Both the position numbers and the translations under genes were made by a program. Below the pieces are notes generated by a model. The model made no database searches. It saw only the letters and a list, made by a program, of their open reading frames with translations, and had not been told where the DNA came from. A stretch of 64,000 nucleotides of DNA. Source: an uncultured delta proteobacterium (GTDB lineage: Bacteria > Myxococcota > Myxococcia > Myxococcales > Anaeromyxobacteraceae). The stretch spans positions 192,001 through 256,000 of the forward strand of contig CAWFDF010000003.1 in the NCBI GenBank assembly GCA_963814585.1, in the 5' to 3' direction. Shown piece after piece: positions 62,740 to 64,000 of the stretch; within the stretch, counting starts at the first letter, position 1, and each line of letters starts with the position of its first letter.

Positions 62740-63189
62740 TCAAGCCGGCGTCTTGACCGGTCCCTGCCGCCCGCCTGCCGCGCGCCGCTCCTCGTCGACC
62801 AGCGCCAGCATGGTCGCCAGGGAGATCGAGCTCAGGGTGGCCCGGGCGATGTCGTCGATCTCGTCGAAGACCCGGTGCAGGGACCGGCCCTCGGCCGAGA
62901 GCCCCTCCGCGTCGCGCGCTCCCTCGCCGGCGCCGATGGGCTCGAAGAGCTCGATGACGTCGAGGAGCGTCACCCGCCGTGGGTTGCCGCGGAAGCGATA
63001 GCCCCCGCCGGCGCCCCGGAGCGCCTCGACCAGCCCGGCCCGACCGAGGACCCGCAGCACCTTGGAGAGGTGGTTCACCGAGATCCCGAAGCGGCTGGCG
63101 ATCTCGGCGGCGGCCAGCTGCCGGCGCGGGTCGGCGGCCAGCTGGAAGACGGCGAAGAGCGCGAGGCGGGTCGCCACCTGGACCCTCAT
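62740..63189 (-). CDS. Rrf2-family transcriptional regulator (BadM-like)
   Basis: Winged-helix pattern AEIA.RFGIS.NHLSKVL..L.RAGLV...RGAGGGY, TLLDVIELFE. No Cys, so no Fe-S ligands. Confidence 0.88.
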   Translation of the reverse strand: MRVQVATRLALFAVFQLAADPRRQLAAAEIASRFGISVNHLSKVLRVLGRAGLVEALRGAGGGYRFRGNPRRVTLLDVIELFEPIGAGEGARDAEGLSAEGRSLHRVFDEIDDIARATLSSISLATMLALVDEERRAAGGRQGPVKTPA

Positions 63190-63671
63190 GGCTCGAGCCT
63201 CTTCTCGAGCTGGATGAACGGGCCGGCCATCATGCCCTGGCTCCGGAAGAAGGACATGATGAGCCGGTCGTCCTTGGCGAGCATGGTGCGGACCTCCTTG
63301 ACGCCGGCCTTGCGGAAGCGCACGCACATCTCGTCGAAGAGCATGGTCCCCAGGCCGTGGAGGCGCGCCTCCGGGCTCACTCCGATGGCGAAGACCCAGC
63401 CGCTCGGCGGCGAGCCGAACTCCCAGGCGCGGACCTCGCCGACGATGAAGCCGAGCATCACGTCCTGCCGCTCGGCGACCAGGAAGAAGCGGTCCGGGCG
63501 GCGACCCACGTACCACTCGAAGCGGCTCTTCCAGTAGGCGGGCTTGGTGATGCCGGTGTCGGCGGCGTCGATGGCGACCACCGCGGCCAGGTCCGAGAGG
63601 TTGGCGGCGCGGATCCGGACGTCGCCGTGCCCGGCCCGGGACGCGCTGGTCTTCTGCTGCGAATTGGCCAC
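63186..63671 (-). CDS. GNAT acetyltransferase (BadL-like)
   Basis: Motifs KPAYW, GFIVGEVRAWEFGSPP.GWVFAI, RTMLAKD...MSFFRSQGMMAGPFIQLE. Stop overlaps the Rrf2 start. Confidence 0.82.
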   Translation of the reverse strand: MANSQQKTSASRAGHGDVRIRAANLSDLAAVVAIDAADTGITKPAYWKSRFEWYVGRRPDRFFLVAERQDVMLGFIVGEVRAWEFGSPPSGWVFAIGVSPEARLHGLGTMLFDEMCVRFRKAGVKEVRTMLAKDDRLIMSFFRSQGMMAGPFIQLEKRLEP

Positions 63672-63687
63672 GTGTGGCTCCCCTTCC

Positions 63688-64000
63688 CTACGCCGAGGCG
63701 GCGCCCGCCGACTCGAGCACGACCGAGATCCCCTGCCCGCCGCCGATGCACATGGTCACCAGCCCCCAGCGCGCGCCGGTCCGGCGCAAGGCGTGGGCGC
63801 AGGTGAGCGTCAGGATGGCGCCGGTGGCGCCGAGCGGGTGCCCCAGGGCGATGGCGCTGCCCATGGGGTTGACCCGCTCCGGGTCGATGCCCATCCCGGC
63901 GAAGTCCTTGATGCAGGCCAGCGCCTGCGGCGCGAAGGCCTCGTTGAGCTCCACCATGGTCGACGTCGGCGCCGCGGATCCCGGCCCGCTCCAGGGCGCG
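63688..64000 (-). CDS. Thiolase, C-terminal part (gene continues beyond window; apparent frameshift near 63958)
   Basis: Motifs [24 protein letters not shown] and TMCIGGGQG. The upstream [14 protein letters not shown] is one base out of frame. Confidence 0.85.
   Translation of the reverse strand, partial: APWSGPGSAAPTSTMVELNEAFAPQALACIKDFAGMGIDPERVNPMGSAIALGHPLGATGAILTLTCAHALRRTGARWGLVTMCIGGGQGISVVLESAGAASA

Noticed and set aside
39600..64000. Mobile genomic island boundaries around the aromatic region
   Set aside because: No integrase, transposase, tRNA or flanking direct repeat is visible, and there is no obvious composition shift.

Overview
Very GC-rich bacterial DNA, probably from a Myxococcota (Anaeromyxobacter-like) organism. 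That placement is an inference from the PEGA Ser/Thr kinase plus FHA pair, the PilZ-receiver fusion and the gene content. The left part (1-39.6 kb) is mostly housekeeping and envelope genes: a DUF885 protein, glmS, murU-like and amgK-like genes, an actP/DUF485/DUF294/exonuclease module, cbs-cgl, an rlmI-like gene, epmA, rsgA, a GH5 lipoprotein and trpB2. The right part (39.7-64 kb) is a contiguous aromatic-catabolism region. It holds iorAB-paaK-ACT-livHMGF-paaK2 on the + strand and had-oah-dch-bcrCBAD-GNAT-SDR on the - strand, the latter a class I ATP-dependent benzoyl-CoA reductase pathway. It also holds divergently transcribed gcdH-thiolase, a badL/badM-like GNAT-Rrf2 pair, and an orphan homologue of the cofactor-free dioxygenase DpgC. 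The top candidate for an undescribed system is a PaaK -> DpgC-like -> IorAB -> BCR route from (hydroxy)phenylacetate to benzoyl-CoA. About eight genes carry single-base frameshifts, most likely long-read consensus errors. I found no rRNA, tRNA, CRISPR array or transposase. All product calls come from motif recognition by eye, not database searches.
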